A DNA stretch of 63,211 nt, filler included, from Cercozoa sp. M6MM (lineage: Eukaryota; Protista; Endomyxa: Ascetosporea), in assembly GCA_040357565.1 (NCBI GenBank). It is 10 parts of 10 records of this genome, joined end to end, with 100 filler letters (N's around TTAATTAATTAA, not from the genome) between each part and the next. Parts side by side here need not be neighbours in the genome. Positions count along the whole stretch, not along the records: positions 1 to 13,681 come from JBDODJ010000350.1; 9 more parts are not named here. One strand, given 5' to 3'. A program made the position numbers and the translations under genes. The notes under the pieces are model-generated. The model had not been told where the DNA came from. It saw only the letters and a program-made list of their open reading frames with translations, and did no database searches. Below are positions 1 to 11,837 of the stretch, one piece after another; position 1 is the first letter of the stretch, and each line of letters opens with the position of its first letter.

Positions 1-3000
1 TCTCGCCGATCGGTCAGGAGCACCTGCGCAGCTTTGGTGTCAAGGTGAGTTCTTTTTGTTTTAGTTAAGGGGGCGGTTTCTTTTGTGGTTAAGGCTGCGG
101 AGATAGTTAAGTGGGTGCTGTGTAGGTGGACTGGCGTCGCTCGTTCATCACGACGGACGCGAACCCGTACTACGACTCGTTCGTGCGCTGGCAGTTCACG
201 CAGCTCCACGAGCAGTACGTTGGTCTCCACTGCGTTCTTACCCCCCCCCCCCCCCCCCCCAGTTCCCCCTACGCTCCCTTTGCCCCCCCCCCAGAGGCAA
301 GGTGCAGTTCGGTACGCGACCGACGGTGTTCTCGCCGAAGGACGGACAGGCGTGCGCCGACCACGATCGCAGCAAGGGCGAGGGCGTGCAGCCCAAGCAA
401 TACACGCTCATCAAGATCCCGGTGCAGGAGGGCACCACTGTGCAGACCGAGAGCACCGGCAAGGACGCTCTGGCACCGCTGTACCATTAACCCCTACCCT
501 ACCTCTTACTCCCCCTTTACCCTCCTATCCCTCCTCAGGTTCGCGACGGGCAAGCCGGTGTTCCTGGTGGCTGGCACGCTGCGACCCGAGACCATGATCG
601 GTCAGACCAACGTGTGGGCGCTTCCGCGCGGAGACTACGTCGCCGTCGAGACCGTCCAGGATGTACTGTTTTGTTAAGGGTGTGTGTGTGTCGGTTGCTT
701 AAGTAAGCCGGTGTGCAGGAGATCTTCATCACGTCGATGGCATCGGCGCGCAACATGTCGTGGCAGGGTCTGCTCAAGGGCGACAAGGGCGTCGTGTCGC
801 CCGTCGCCACGCTGCAAGGTTGTTATGCCCCGCCCCCCTTTACCCCTTTACCCCTTTACTCCCACGTGAGTAGGCTGGGACCTCATGGGCCGCGCCGTGT
901 CGCCGCCGACTTCGCTGCTCGAGACGGTGTACGTGCTGCCGCTGCTGACTATTAAGGTGCATACAGATGGACCGTACATATGGACTGGTAGATATGGACT
1001 GGGGATATGGACTGGTATATATGGACGGTACAAGATATACTGGCTGCACAGATGGACATGGCGACCGGCATTGTGACGAGTGTGCCGTCGGACGCGCCGG
1101 ATGACTTCCAGGCGCTCGCCGATCTGCAGAAGGACGAGAAAATGCGCCGGCAGTACTACATCGCCGACCACATGCTGTAGCCACCTTTTCTGGACGGTCC
1201 AGATGGACCTCTTTGTATGAACTATCTCCGTATGAATTTTTTGGACAGCAAGGAGCCGGTGCCGATTCTCCGCATCCCGGACTCGGAACTGTATGCCCCC
1301 CCCCCCCCCCATCTCTCTGGTGTGGCAGGATGTCTGTCATATTGTCTGCTATACAAAGGGGCGACATGTCGGCGCCCTTCATGTGCAAGAAGCTCAAGGT
1401 GAAGAACCAGCAGGACGCCGCCAAGCTCAAGGAGGCCAAGGACGTGTGCTACAAGATGGGCTTCCACCACGGCATCATGATCGCCGGCGAGTGTGAGGGC
1501 CTGCCTGTGGTACACTCACATGCTCTGCCTTACAAACAAACAAGCACCACTTGTGCACCGCTCGCAGGAGGAGGCCAAGCCGATCCTGCGTGCCCGCATG
1601 ATCGAGCGCGGTGAGGTACGCCCCCTTAAAGAAACTCCCAGCATCTGTCTAAGCGCAATAAAAATCGGTGTGCGCACAGGCTGCAGACTACTGGGAGCCG
1701 GAAAGCCCGGTTGTTTCGCGTTCTGGCGACGTTTGTGTCGTTGCTGTATTTTTTTTTGTTTTGTTTTTGTTTGTATTTGGCAATTATAATTGTTGTTGTT
1801 GGGAAACAGCCGCTCGAGCAGTGGTCGCTGCCGTACGGCGAGGAAGAGGTACAATTAACTGCTTTTAACCGGCGACAACTTTGATTATCTCTGATCGTGT
1901 TGAGTAGTGGAAGGCTCCGGTCAAGTCGTACATCCAGGAGGGACTCGAGACTGTACGATTTGGTTGTTTGCAGTCTCGTTTCTTCATTTGTGAGTGCGTT
2001 TGGGGTGTCTCAGTACTCGGAGGCCACGCGTGATCGCTTTAAGTACGTCATTGACTGGCTGGGTAAGAACGACCCTTTAATCATTTTTGCAAGGTATACA
2101 GATTTATGTGATTGCTTGTGAGAGTAGGCCCGTGGGCGTGCTCTCGTCTGTTCGGTCTCGGCACCAAGCTGCCTTTCGTAACTTTATCTTTTCCGGCTCT
2201 AAAGTCTTGAAACCCTCTGCGCTTTACAGTTTTGCAACTTGAGTTTTGAAAGCTTTGCCATTTAAGTTTTTGCAAAAACTGATAGCTTTGACATTTTCAA
2301 GTAGAGTTTTCATGCGGCTTTTTTTGACAGGATGAGCGCTACCTGATCGAGTCGCTGTCGGACTCGACGATCTACATGGCGTACTACACGGTTGCGCACT
2401 ACCTGCAGCACGGTGTGTTTCCTTTGGATCACTCATCTTTAATCAGTACTGGTATTGGTGTATTTAAAGGTGTGCTGGACGGCAACGAGTCCGAGGTGCG
2501 CGCGGCGGCCGAGAAGAAGGGCGCCGCCTACGTGTCGCCCGAGTGGTGCGACGTTGCCTTCTGGAATGCTGTCTTCCTGGGCGAGTCGCTGCCTGGTGAG
2601 TCTTTATCCTNNNNNNNNNNNNNNNNNNNNNNNNNNNNNNNNNNNNNNNNNNNNNNNNNNNNNNNNNNNNNNNNNNNNNNNNNNNNNNNNNNNNNNNNNN
2701 NNNNNNNNNNTCCCTACACGACGCTCGCCCGATCTTTACCCTTACCCCCCCCCCCCCCCTACCCTCCCCCCTTTCGCAGAAAATGCGCGCCGAGTTCCAG
2801 TACTGGTACCCGCTCGACCTGCGCGTGTCTGGCAAGGGTACACTAGCTTCTTTACCCTAGCTTCTTTACCCCACACACCCATCCTTTTACCCCACCTTCC
2901 CCCTCGATGTCGTGCAGACCTGGTGGGCAACCACTTGACGATGTCGCTCTACAACCATCAGGTAGGCTTTACCCCCCCTCCTCCACTCCCGTCTTTACCT

Positions 3001-5292
3001 TCTGTCCCTATGATATAGGCCGTCTTTGGCGACGACATGATGCCGCGCTCCTTCTTCGCCAACGGACACGTGAGTTGCAGCCTTAACAAACCTTACGCAG
3101 CCTTAACTAGGATGTGTTATGCACAATGTGTAATGCACAGGTCATGATCGACAACGAGAAGATGAGCAAGAGCACCGGCAACTTCTTGTTGCTGCAGGTA
3201 TTGTTCACTCCTCCCTTATATCCCTCCTCACCCCATCTCCCCTTGTTCAGGACTCAATTCGTCTATTCTCTGCCGATGCCACGCGTCTGGTACTTTTGCC
3301 CCCCCCCCCCCACCCCCCTCCTTCCCTTTACCCCCTTGGTATTAGGCCATGGCCGATGCTGGTGACGGTCTCGAGGACGCCAACTTCAACGTGGCCCTGC
3401 GACCCAAGGAGGCACACCCACCCTCGCCCTACCCCCCCCCCCCATTTACCTCCTTGTTGCAGAACGAATCGGTCGCGCAGTTCCAGCGTCGTCGCGAAGG
3501 TGACGCAGCCAACACGTAGCGATTTTTTACCCCCCTGTCCCTCTCTCTTTACCCCCCCCCCCCCCGTGCAGTGCCATTCTGCGTCTGACGCGCGAGGAAG
3601 AGTGGCTACAGCAGATGCGCGCCGCCATCGACAATGTATCTTTGTGACACACGCGGGGGGGGGTAAACAGGGGGGTAAGACGGGGGTAAATGTGTGGCCA
3701 AACAGGGCGAGCTGCGTACCGAAACTGCCGAAGACGCCACCTTGCAATACGCCGATGAGTACCTTTGCTTCTCTGGGGGGGGGGTAAGGGAGGTTTAAAC
3801 TGTCTTTGTCTGCAGGGTGTTCGCCAACGCCATGAACCGCGCTGTACTTGAGAGTGACAAGGTGCGTTCATATGGGGGTAAAGGGGGGGGGGTAAAAGTA
3901 CTCCTGGCTGTCGTAGGCCTACGCCGGCATGCGCTTCCGCGACGCACTCAAGGACGGTTTCTACGGTCTGCAGAACGCGCGCAACGCCTACGTCAACCGC
4001 TGCCGTGGCGAGGTACTGAGGGGCAAAGGGNNNNNNNNNNNNNNNNNNNNNNNNNNNNNNNNNNNNNNNNNNNNNNNNNNNNNNNNNNNNNNNNNNNNNN
4101 NNNNNNNNNNNNNNNNNNNNNNNNNNNNNNGGGGGGGTAAAAAGGGGGGGGTAAGAATACACCCGTGTGTGACAGACGTCGCTGCTGAGCAAGGAACTCA
4201 TCGAGCGCTACATTCAGACCGAGCTGGTAGTCAATCTTTTTTGTTGTGTTGTTGTTTCTGTTTAAAAAACAACAACACTGCTGTCTGCGCAGGTGCTGCT
4301 GGCGCCGATCTGTCCGCACTTCTGCGAGGGTACACGCGAGTTTTACCCCCCTCCCGACACTCCTACCCCTACCCTCTCTACCTCTTTATCCCCCGTCCCC
4401 AGGTCTGTGGCAGAAGCTGCAGCTGCCGGGTATGTGCATCGATGCGCCGTGGCCGCAGGTGGAGCAGGAGGACCTCGCTCTCACGCGCATCGACAACTAC
4501 CTCAGCAAGTGCGTTTGCCCCCTCCTTTTACCCACTCACTTATCCAACCCAACCCAGGCTGGCGCACTCGCTGCGCACGGCGTTCAACAAGGCGAGCAAG
4601 AAGAAGACGCCGACGCAGGTCAAGATCTTTGTCGCCACTGAGGTACACGAGTGCTTTACCCCTCCCCCTCACACCCTCTTACTCCTTTCCTCCCTTGTAG
4701 TACAAGGAGTGGCAGCAAGCTGTGCTGCGTATTATGGCGGCCAAGGGTAAGTGTCCCCCCCTGCCCCCTATGGGGATCCTACTATGTCTGTAGTTGCGGA
4801 GGCCAACGGCGACCTGTCGGTGCTGTCGCCCAAGACTCTTGGTGCCGCCATCAAGGCCGATCCGGCTCTCAAGAAGGTAGCTTTGTCCCCCCCCCCCCAT
4901 TGCCCCCATTTGACCCTCCTATCGTGCTCAGGTGATGAAGCTCGCCATGCAGTTCGCTGCCTTCCAAGGCAAGCTGGTAATCCTGTCTGTAGTCTGCTGG
5001 AGTCCGAGTACTGACTGTGTCGGTAGGCCCAGGAAGAAGGCGACTCGGCGCTTGATCTGACCTCGCCGTTCGATGAGGTCGCCACGGTGCAGCGCTACCT
5101 CGGTACCCCTTACATAGGTTTGCCTCATGTATGTGTGTCTATTGTATCATAACCTCTTGCCCAGGCCTCGTGTTCCAGGACTTCCCGGTCGAGCTGGACG
5201 TGCAGGTCGTGCCGAGCACCGAGGCCGACGAGAGCTTCCGCAAGAAGGCCGAGCAGGCCAAGCCGGGCCACCCGGCGCTTGTCTTCCTGTAA
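1..5292 (+). CDS. LARS1: Cytosolic-type leucyl-tRNA synthetase, 5'-partial, about 36 introns
   Basis: Spliced exons give [35 protein letters not shown], the editing-domain motif [41 protein letters not shown] and KMSKSTGNF. Stop TAA at 5290-5292. Two N gaps fall inside introns. Confidence 0.98.
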
Positions 5293-5454
5293 GCCAAGTC
5301 AAATGGATTGCTTCGCAACAAACAGCAGCATTTTATGCTGCGTGCTCTTTAATTATGTACGGTATTTAACTTCAGTGGCTACAAAACGTGAGTCATAGAC
5401 AGAGGTTAGTTAACCGACAGACGATAGTTAAACGATGAAAACAGCAGACTGACG

Positions 5455-7020
5455 TCACCGACAGTTGTACTGCGAGAAGTTCTTGCGCACCTTGAGTAGC
5501 ACTGAGTGGTGGCAGCCCACCCTGCTCAGCAGATACGCATGCGTCTCTCCTCACATGTATACCAGGGAGAGAGAAAGGCTACGTGAGGCAGGCAATGGGC
5601 GCGTCGGTGCGGTACTTCTGAATGGAGCCACACTGACCGCACAGGTACTCGACCGACTGCACGTTGTCGTGTCTCTGTGTTCAACAGAACATGGAGGAGG
5701 GGGGTAAAGGTAACACTCAGTATACAACAACAGCAGTCGTACCTCGATAACAAGGCGCGCACCAGGTCGAACTCGCTGTTCCCAGAAGGGCTTCTCGCGG
5801 TCTAGTTCCTTCTGGTCGCAAAACACGCGGTCGTTCGGCCCGATGGTCTGAGCACACCGAGTACATGTAGGCGGGAGATATGGGATAGGGTCAAAAGGTA
5901 ACACAAAGAAGCAAGACAGAAGCAAGACAGAAGGCTAAGACAGGACAAGAGGTGGCTACCCGAGCGCCGGACTCATTGTAGGCGCGCTCGAACTCGCGCA
6001 GCGTGACTGAATCGGAGACCTGGACCTCCTGCCCGTCGACAATAACGTGGAAGGGCGGCATCTGGTACACGAGTCGCACGGCATCCTGAGTGGGGGCCGG
6101 GATCTGCGCCACCTCGCGGTTGTCGTCGAACACGTTGTTGCGGTTGAGCTCCTCCACCAGCTTGGCTCGCTCCAATAATGCTCCCGTCGGGTAATGCTTG
6201 ATCCTGGCAGTAAGGGGCGAGGAGTAACAAGGGATAACAGAGAGGTAACATGAGAGTCAAGGAAAGTAAAGCATCAGCTACTCGTGCTCGAATCGTTCGA
6301 TGAGCTCGCGCACTTTCGTAGTACCGGAGACTTCGAGCGTGATGCTTCGTCGTAGGTCCTGTCAATTACACACACATAGTCACAATAGATGACTACACTG
6401 GCTACTATAGGTGGCTACACTGGCGACTATAGGTGGCTGCAATGGCTATGGTACAGGTGAGGCGTCCGGGAACATCGTGATCAGCACCATGACCTGACCG
6501 GAACACTCGAACTGCAGCGGTTTCTCGTACTGCAAGTTCTCGGGTGCGTCCGGTGCCGATGCCTGCAGAGAGTAAAGCGGATAAGAGGGTGATAAAGGGC
6601 AGTAAGTCGGGGTAGGAGGGAAAAGGGTAAAACGGGTGACATGGGGGTAGCAGAGGGGTATAGCACCTCCGGAGGCGGCAAGAACTCGGCCAGCGAGTGG
6701 CCGAACTGCTGGATGATCAGGCCAAAGAGCGTGTCGCGGTGCAGCACCATCTCGCCCTTACTGACCGTTTTGATGTGCACGCCCGTCGAGCTTTCGATGG
6801 CTGCCAGCACTTCGCCTAGTCGCATCCCCGGGTGCACCTGGGACGTGTCTTGCTTGCCTGTGGGGGGGGGGGGGTAGACCAGGCAGTGGGTAGGCAGGTC
6901 GCATGGGATAAAGGGAGAAAGGAATAAGATACCCAGGTGATTAATCGAGACGGTGAACTCGTCTGAAACGACGCGCACCTACAAGTACGCACCATCTGAC
7001 CTCTCAAACACATATATACC

Positions 7021-7053
<33 letters not shown>

Positions 7054-7454
7054 CAATCGATGGTACAATGCCCTGGTCGGCCGACGGCAGCGGTTTGTCC
7101 GTCAATTTCAGTGGCTACAGCACCGTACTCTTAAACAATAGTTAATTTGGCTACTGGCTACATGTCAGGAGGTGCGTACCTTGTTATCCTCGGTGTACAG
7201 AGGCATCGTGAGTCGCAGCTTGGCGCCCTGCGAGATGCGGTGCCGCAGCACGTCGCCCCACGACGCAAAGTCCGCCAGCTGCAGCTCCGTGTACTCATCC
7301 TCGGCTACTTCGTGCAACACGAGCGTTGTGTCGCTCAGCTCGAGCTCGAGCTCCTCGTTGTCTTCCTCGTACTGCCCAAAAGAGTCAAAATATTTGATAT
7401 CGACACAGAAATATCATCTTGGGCGACAACTTGCGGAAAACTCACATCAGACAT
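5455..7454 (-). CDS. Protein with about three ubiquitin-like (beta-grasp) domains and a C-terminal Rpb12/RPABC4-like zinc ribbon
   Basis: ATG at 7454 (MSD|YEEDNEE...), in-frame GT-AG exon chain. Ubl-like segments include FHVIVDGQEVQVSDSVTLREF...RVFCDQKELDREKPFWEQRVRPGARLVIE. C-terminus VEYLCGQCGSIQKYRTDAPIACLTVGCHHSVLLKVRKNFSQYNCR*. Confidence 0.75.
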
Positions 7455-7681
7455 AGTCCTACTAGTGCCTATACACGAACAAGCGCACTGGGCACACACA
7501 CAAAGGCGCAGGGTCTATCTTCACGCAGCCTTAATTTTTGGCTCAGATAGAACAATACGGACAGCGGTAGACTGTGTTCTGAGTCAACAAAAACTCCCGA
7601 GCCGACTTGGGGGACCCGATCTGGTTCAACTGTGATCTGGCGTTATTGAGTTTGGGGGCGTGCTGCTACTTTCGACATACC

Positions 7682-9707
7682 ATGCCACCTCGGCGAAAGA
7701 GAACTGTGGTGACCCGGGTACCGATCGGAAATGCCCGCTTCGTGATGGGGAAGAATCTGTCCTACATGCGCGACAGGTGAGCTTCACCGCTCGTTGATCC
7801 ATTGATTTACTGCCCCAGTGATGTTGTATCGTCTGTAGTTCCGACCTGCTGAAGCAAGGCCGATTCCGCGACTTGCGGCAGCGACTGAGGTGATTGCTCC
7901 ACGAATGGTACCAAAATGACAAGAGTGATCAGTCTGTGTGTGCAGCAACGAAGGTTTCCTGTTTCTGCGCGGTCTGGTGCCGCGCGAAGTTGCATTGAAG
8001 GCGCGGCTGCCGGTGCTGAAGTTGGCGCATGAGAAGGGCGCGCTTGCACTTCCAAAGGGCCAGTCGAAAGCGACGCCGGAAGCACTGTCCGAGATGCTCA
8101 TCTCGTCCAGGAAGGTCGGTCGCCGCACAGTGCTCGCAGATGGCTACACGGTACAACATTGCCTTGTTTCACTAACCTTGAGACTCTCTTAGTTATATTT
8201 TTGCTGACATATAACATTGCAACAGGTGGATGCTCGCACAGGCGGCATTGGCGGTGAGCGTGACCCGGACTTTGAGTCCTGGGCCAAGGTGGGAAACACT
8301 GCCGACGTCGTGGCAATCTACGACGGCGACGTCATCCACACACTGCTGGACAACCTGTTCGGAAGCAACAAGGATGGCCAGCAGGAGCAGGACCAGGCCT
8401 GCTGGGAGACCTTCCCAGAGCACACGTGGCTGCGACTCAAGGAGAACGGCGGCGCCACCATCGAGCACGCTGACTACTACTACTTCAAGCGCGACACGGC
8501 CGTGTTCGAGGAGGGCGGCACCACGCTGCGCGACTCGGGCGACTCCGTGGGACATCAGGCTGGTCGTCCGGCAGTCCGTCGGCTCGTCAACGTGCAGCGC
8601 AAGAAGAGCGACGTGTCGTCGCACTGCATCAAGTGTGCCGACACCCAACCGACTGAGCTGCTGCACTGCGGTCTGTGTGGCCTGCGTGTGCATGACACGT
8701 GCTTGCCCGAGGAGCTGCAGCAGGCGCGGCAGGGCGGCGGCTTTGGTCAAGAAGGTGCCTGGCACTGCACGCGCTGTGCTAACGGTCCGCTCGGTGTGTT
8801 CACCATGTGGACCTGTCTCACCGACCTCGAGTCACACAAGCGCAGCATGCTGGCGGTACCCCTGTGTTTCTCTTTTTACATACAAATCTATATATATATG
8901 TGTGTGTGTGCATGTACATATAGGTGTGTCCGCGGTCGCACACGCTGCAAGGCGTAGACCAGGTGCCGCCTGGCACGCAGGTGCAGCGCAGCTACTGGCA
9001 GCGACGCAAGGAACTGCCTTGGGTAATCCCGGAGACCCTGTCACCCGGCGATGTCATCGTGTTCAACATCAAGACGGTGCATGCCGCCTCCTTTAACACC
9101 AGCAAGCAGTTCCGCTGCTCTTTCGACACGCGTTTCCAGTTGCTCCGGCCCGTGGTACCTTTGCTTTGTTGTGTACTTTGCCTGCTGTGTGTGCACACTT
9201 GGTACTCGTGGTATTGTAGCCACTAGACCAGGTCAGCAACGGTGGCCATGACATGACCGAAGAGCCGAGCGAGCCGCTTGAACATTTTGATGAGTCGGCT
9301 GCTTTGGTATCTTGGTGCTTTTGTGGGGCTATCTACTCATGCATCGTACTGATGAGACATCTGAGTGTGTGCAGGCCAAGATGCGGCAACCGGCGACACC
9401 TGATGTGGCCGAGGCGGGTGCTTTGCTAACTCCCAGCAAGATCGAGCCGACAGCGATCGACAACGAGAACAGCAACCCAGCGTTGAACCTGTCACGTTCC
9501 ACGCTCACTCCACACGAGACACCGTTTCAGAAACTCAAGATCGTCGGTCGCAGCAAGCAGGGCCAGCCCATGGCGAAACAGAAGCGCCGGCGTCGACTCA
9601 GTTTCTCCGACTGCGCCATTGATGATGAGCCGAGCGACGCCAGCACGGCCGCCACGGCTTCGTCTGCCGCTGCTGCCCCTGTCCCGGCTGCACTCCGTGA
9701 GGATTGA
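7682..9707 (+). CDS. PhyH-like 2OG-Fe(II) dioxygenase with an inserted PHD finger
   Basis: LSNEGFLFLRGLVP, HAD at 8466-8474, C4HC3 finger at 8625-8777, FTMWTCL, VCPRSH, PGDVIVFNIKTVHAAS.N (His at 9080), RCSFDTRF. Basic NLS-like PRRKR and KQKRRRR. Confidence 0.85.
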
Positions 9708-10182
9708 CCATACGCCTTCTGGCTTTCTGTTCCCCTGTCCAGACCGTATCGATGTATCGATGTCTCCGTCGTCATTGCAATTGCGTTGCTTTTGTTCGCT
9801 TCGCTTCAGTTTGTGTCATATAGATCATGATCTCTCATATGTATACGTACGGTACGCAGACTGTAGTTACGTTAGTTTTAGTTTTCAATTTAACCGAACT
9901 GTCAGTCGCAGCACTCGACGTCGCGTCGGAGAATTACGGCGTCAGATGGTCAACGTGAGTTAGGGATGGCGCAGTCGCCGGTTCGATGGGACAGTGGGAG
10001 TCAATGTCCTGTGCAAAAAGTGGTTATGCATCCCCTTTCAGGGAGGCGGGGGGGGGTGTGTGAGGAGTTGCTGCTTGTGTAGTGAGGTGGTGCCACTATC
10101 CCACAGTCTCCTCATTGGTATGGGGTTTTCCCGCCAGTGGTGGCATAAGAACTCGTGTGGTTCCCTGATGCGCTGGCATTCT

Positions 10183-10294
10183 CTAGACGTGTACAGTAAA
10201 AACTAGTTAGCTAGACGTGTACAGTAAAAACTAGTTAGCTAGACGTGTACAGTAAAAACTAGTTAGCTAGACGTGTACAGTAAAAATTAGTTAG
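10183..10294 (+). repeat. Four copies of a 28-bp tandem repeat CTAGACGTGTACAGTAAAAACTAGTTAG
   Basis: Directly visible; the last copy has one substitution. Confidence 0.95.
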
Positions 10295-10410
10295 GAGCTG
10301 TATGGTTCTACCCTAAGCGGGCGGTAGACACGGCCGTGCTCTTGTGACCCACCCCAGACTGGTGCAGGGGAACTACATAGTTGGTTTCCTAGAAGACTCA
10401 GCTAGCTAGT
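10295..10410 (+). mobile_element. Non-LTR retroposon 3' end, copy A
   Basis: Aligns with the reverse complements of 34512-34625 and 39666-39725, and partly with 52625-52646. Ends in a CTAG/CTAA-type tail. Confidence 0.75.
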
Positions 10411-10426
10411 TCGCTAGACGCCCCAG

Positions 10427-10538
10427 TCAGGAGAAACACGGCGATTCACATCGAATCGTTTCGCTTGCTTTGGCACCATTTTCCCTGTGCGCATGCGTAC
10501 CAGTGCAAATACATGTGTTTCTGGGCGACGGAGAGCGC

Positions 10539-10577
<39 letters not shown>

Positions 10578-11837
10578 GGAGAGAGAGAGAAAGGGGGGGG
10601 GCAGAGGGGAGAGGGTACACGCGATGACTGCGCAGAAGGCGGCTAGAGCGGCACCTAGCAGCACCTCGTGCAGTCGATGCTTGTGTTCCAGCACCTTGCC
10701 ACCTCCAATGAAGAGTCCAAACACCAGAGGAGACACCGAGGCCAGCACGGCCCAGAAGGGTGGCGCCACGGTCTCTCGATTCAGCAGACGCAGCTTGTGG
10801 CACAGATACAGGCACAGGAAGACGCCAAAGGCCGTGCTCTGACTCGTGTGACCCGACGGGAACGACAGGCGGCCCTTGGTGCTGGCATCTAGGTTTCAAT
10901 CAAGTTAATACATCTTGTCAGTGTTGCCTCCCTCCGACTACAACCCCCAGGTACCAGAGTTTCGACACAAGGTGGCAGCAAGGACAAACACTTGAAACTG
11001 TGATGCCATCGCTTCCTTCGCCTAAACAAAATATGCGAGCTACCCCTTCCCCTCCACCTCTGCCCTGATACCTCTTGCAGAACGGCAGGATCGGGATCGC
11101 ACTCGGCCATGAAGAGTCGACGAGGCACGGCGAATGCTGCCTTGGCTGTGGGGGACATAGGAGCAGAGCGGTATAGGGTGTAGTGGGGTAGAGGGTAGAG
11201 GGTATGAGGGGCAACAGGAGTAAGGAGGAGGAATAAGAAAACGGGCCAGGGTGTACCCATCTCGGTCCAGATCTGCGTGAGCACGTTGCAGATGACGAGA
11301 CCGTAACACAGCATGAAGGCGTCATACTGCCAGGTGCTGCCGGAACACTTGACATTTCCGTGTCGTTGCACACACTCGATCAGAACAATTAACGCGATTG
11401 GCACTGCTCAGATAGCCATCTGTTCAGCTCATTTTGATACTGTTTCACCCAGCACAGCGGGTACCGAGGTAGGAGACGGCCCAGACCAGGTGGAAGTTCA
11501 CCTGAGTCTTGGGCGTCTCCGGTCTCCAGACGTCGTCGTTTGCTAGGTCGATGAACGTCGTATCCAGGCCTGCGATCCAGGCCCGTGTCGCCGGTTGAAC
11601 GAAACCAATGATCCCAAAGGCGACTGTTCAAGTACAGAATCAGAAAGACCGAACAGTCTGTTGAGACAACTCACGCAAAAGCGACATCAACTGCGTCAGC
11701 ACACGTGCCTTGTTGCTGAAATGCTCGCCGAGAGTGCTCATTTTGATCGTTCTGCCTGTGCTGTCATCTTCGTTCGTGCCTGGTGAGTCAGTGTCAGTGT
11801 CCACTATCATTGCGACGGCACTCCCTTCCCGTTGCAT
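10427..11837 (-). CDS. PAP2-superfamily lipid phosphate phosphatase-like membrane protein
   Basis: Motifs KAAFAVPRR (C1-like), SFPSGH (C2) and GKVLEHKHRLHEV (C3-like), with several hydrophobic helices. The frame of the last exon is uncertain. Confidence 0.85.

Noticed and set aside
3391-3462. Possible GC-AG intron starting at 3412 in LeuRS
   Set aside because: An in-frame GT donor at 3391 gives a typical 72-nt intron, so GC is not required. This cannot be excluded without RNA data.
9962-9992. A-box/B-box-like words suggesting a tRNA-derived SINE head
   Set aside because: The boxes are adjacent and imperfect, with no tRNA fold and no second copy seen.
10183-10294. 28-bp repeats as a CRISPR array
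   Set aside because: Head-to-tail units with no spacers, no cas genes, and a eukaryotic context.
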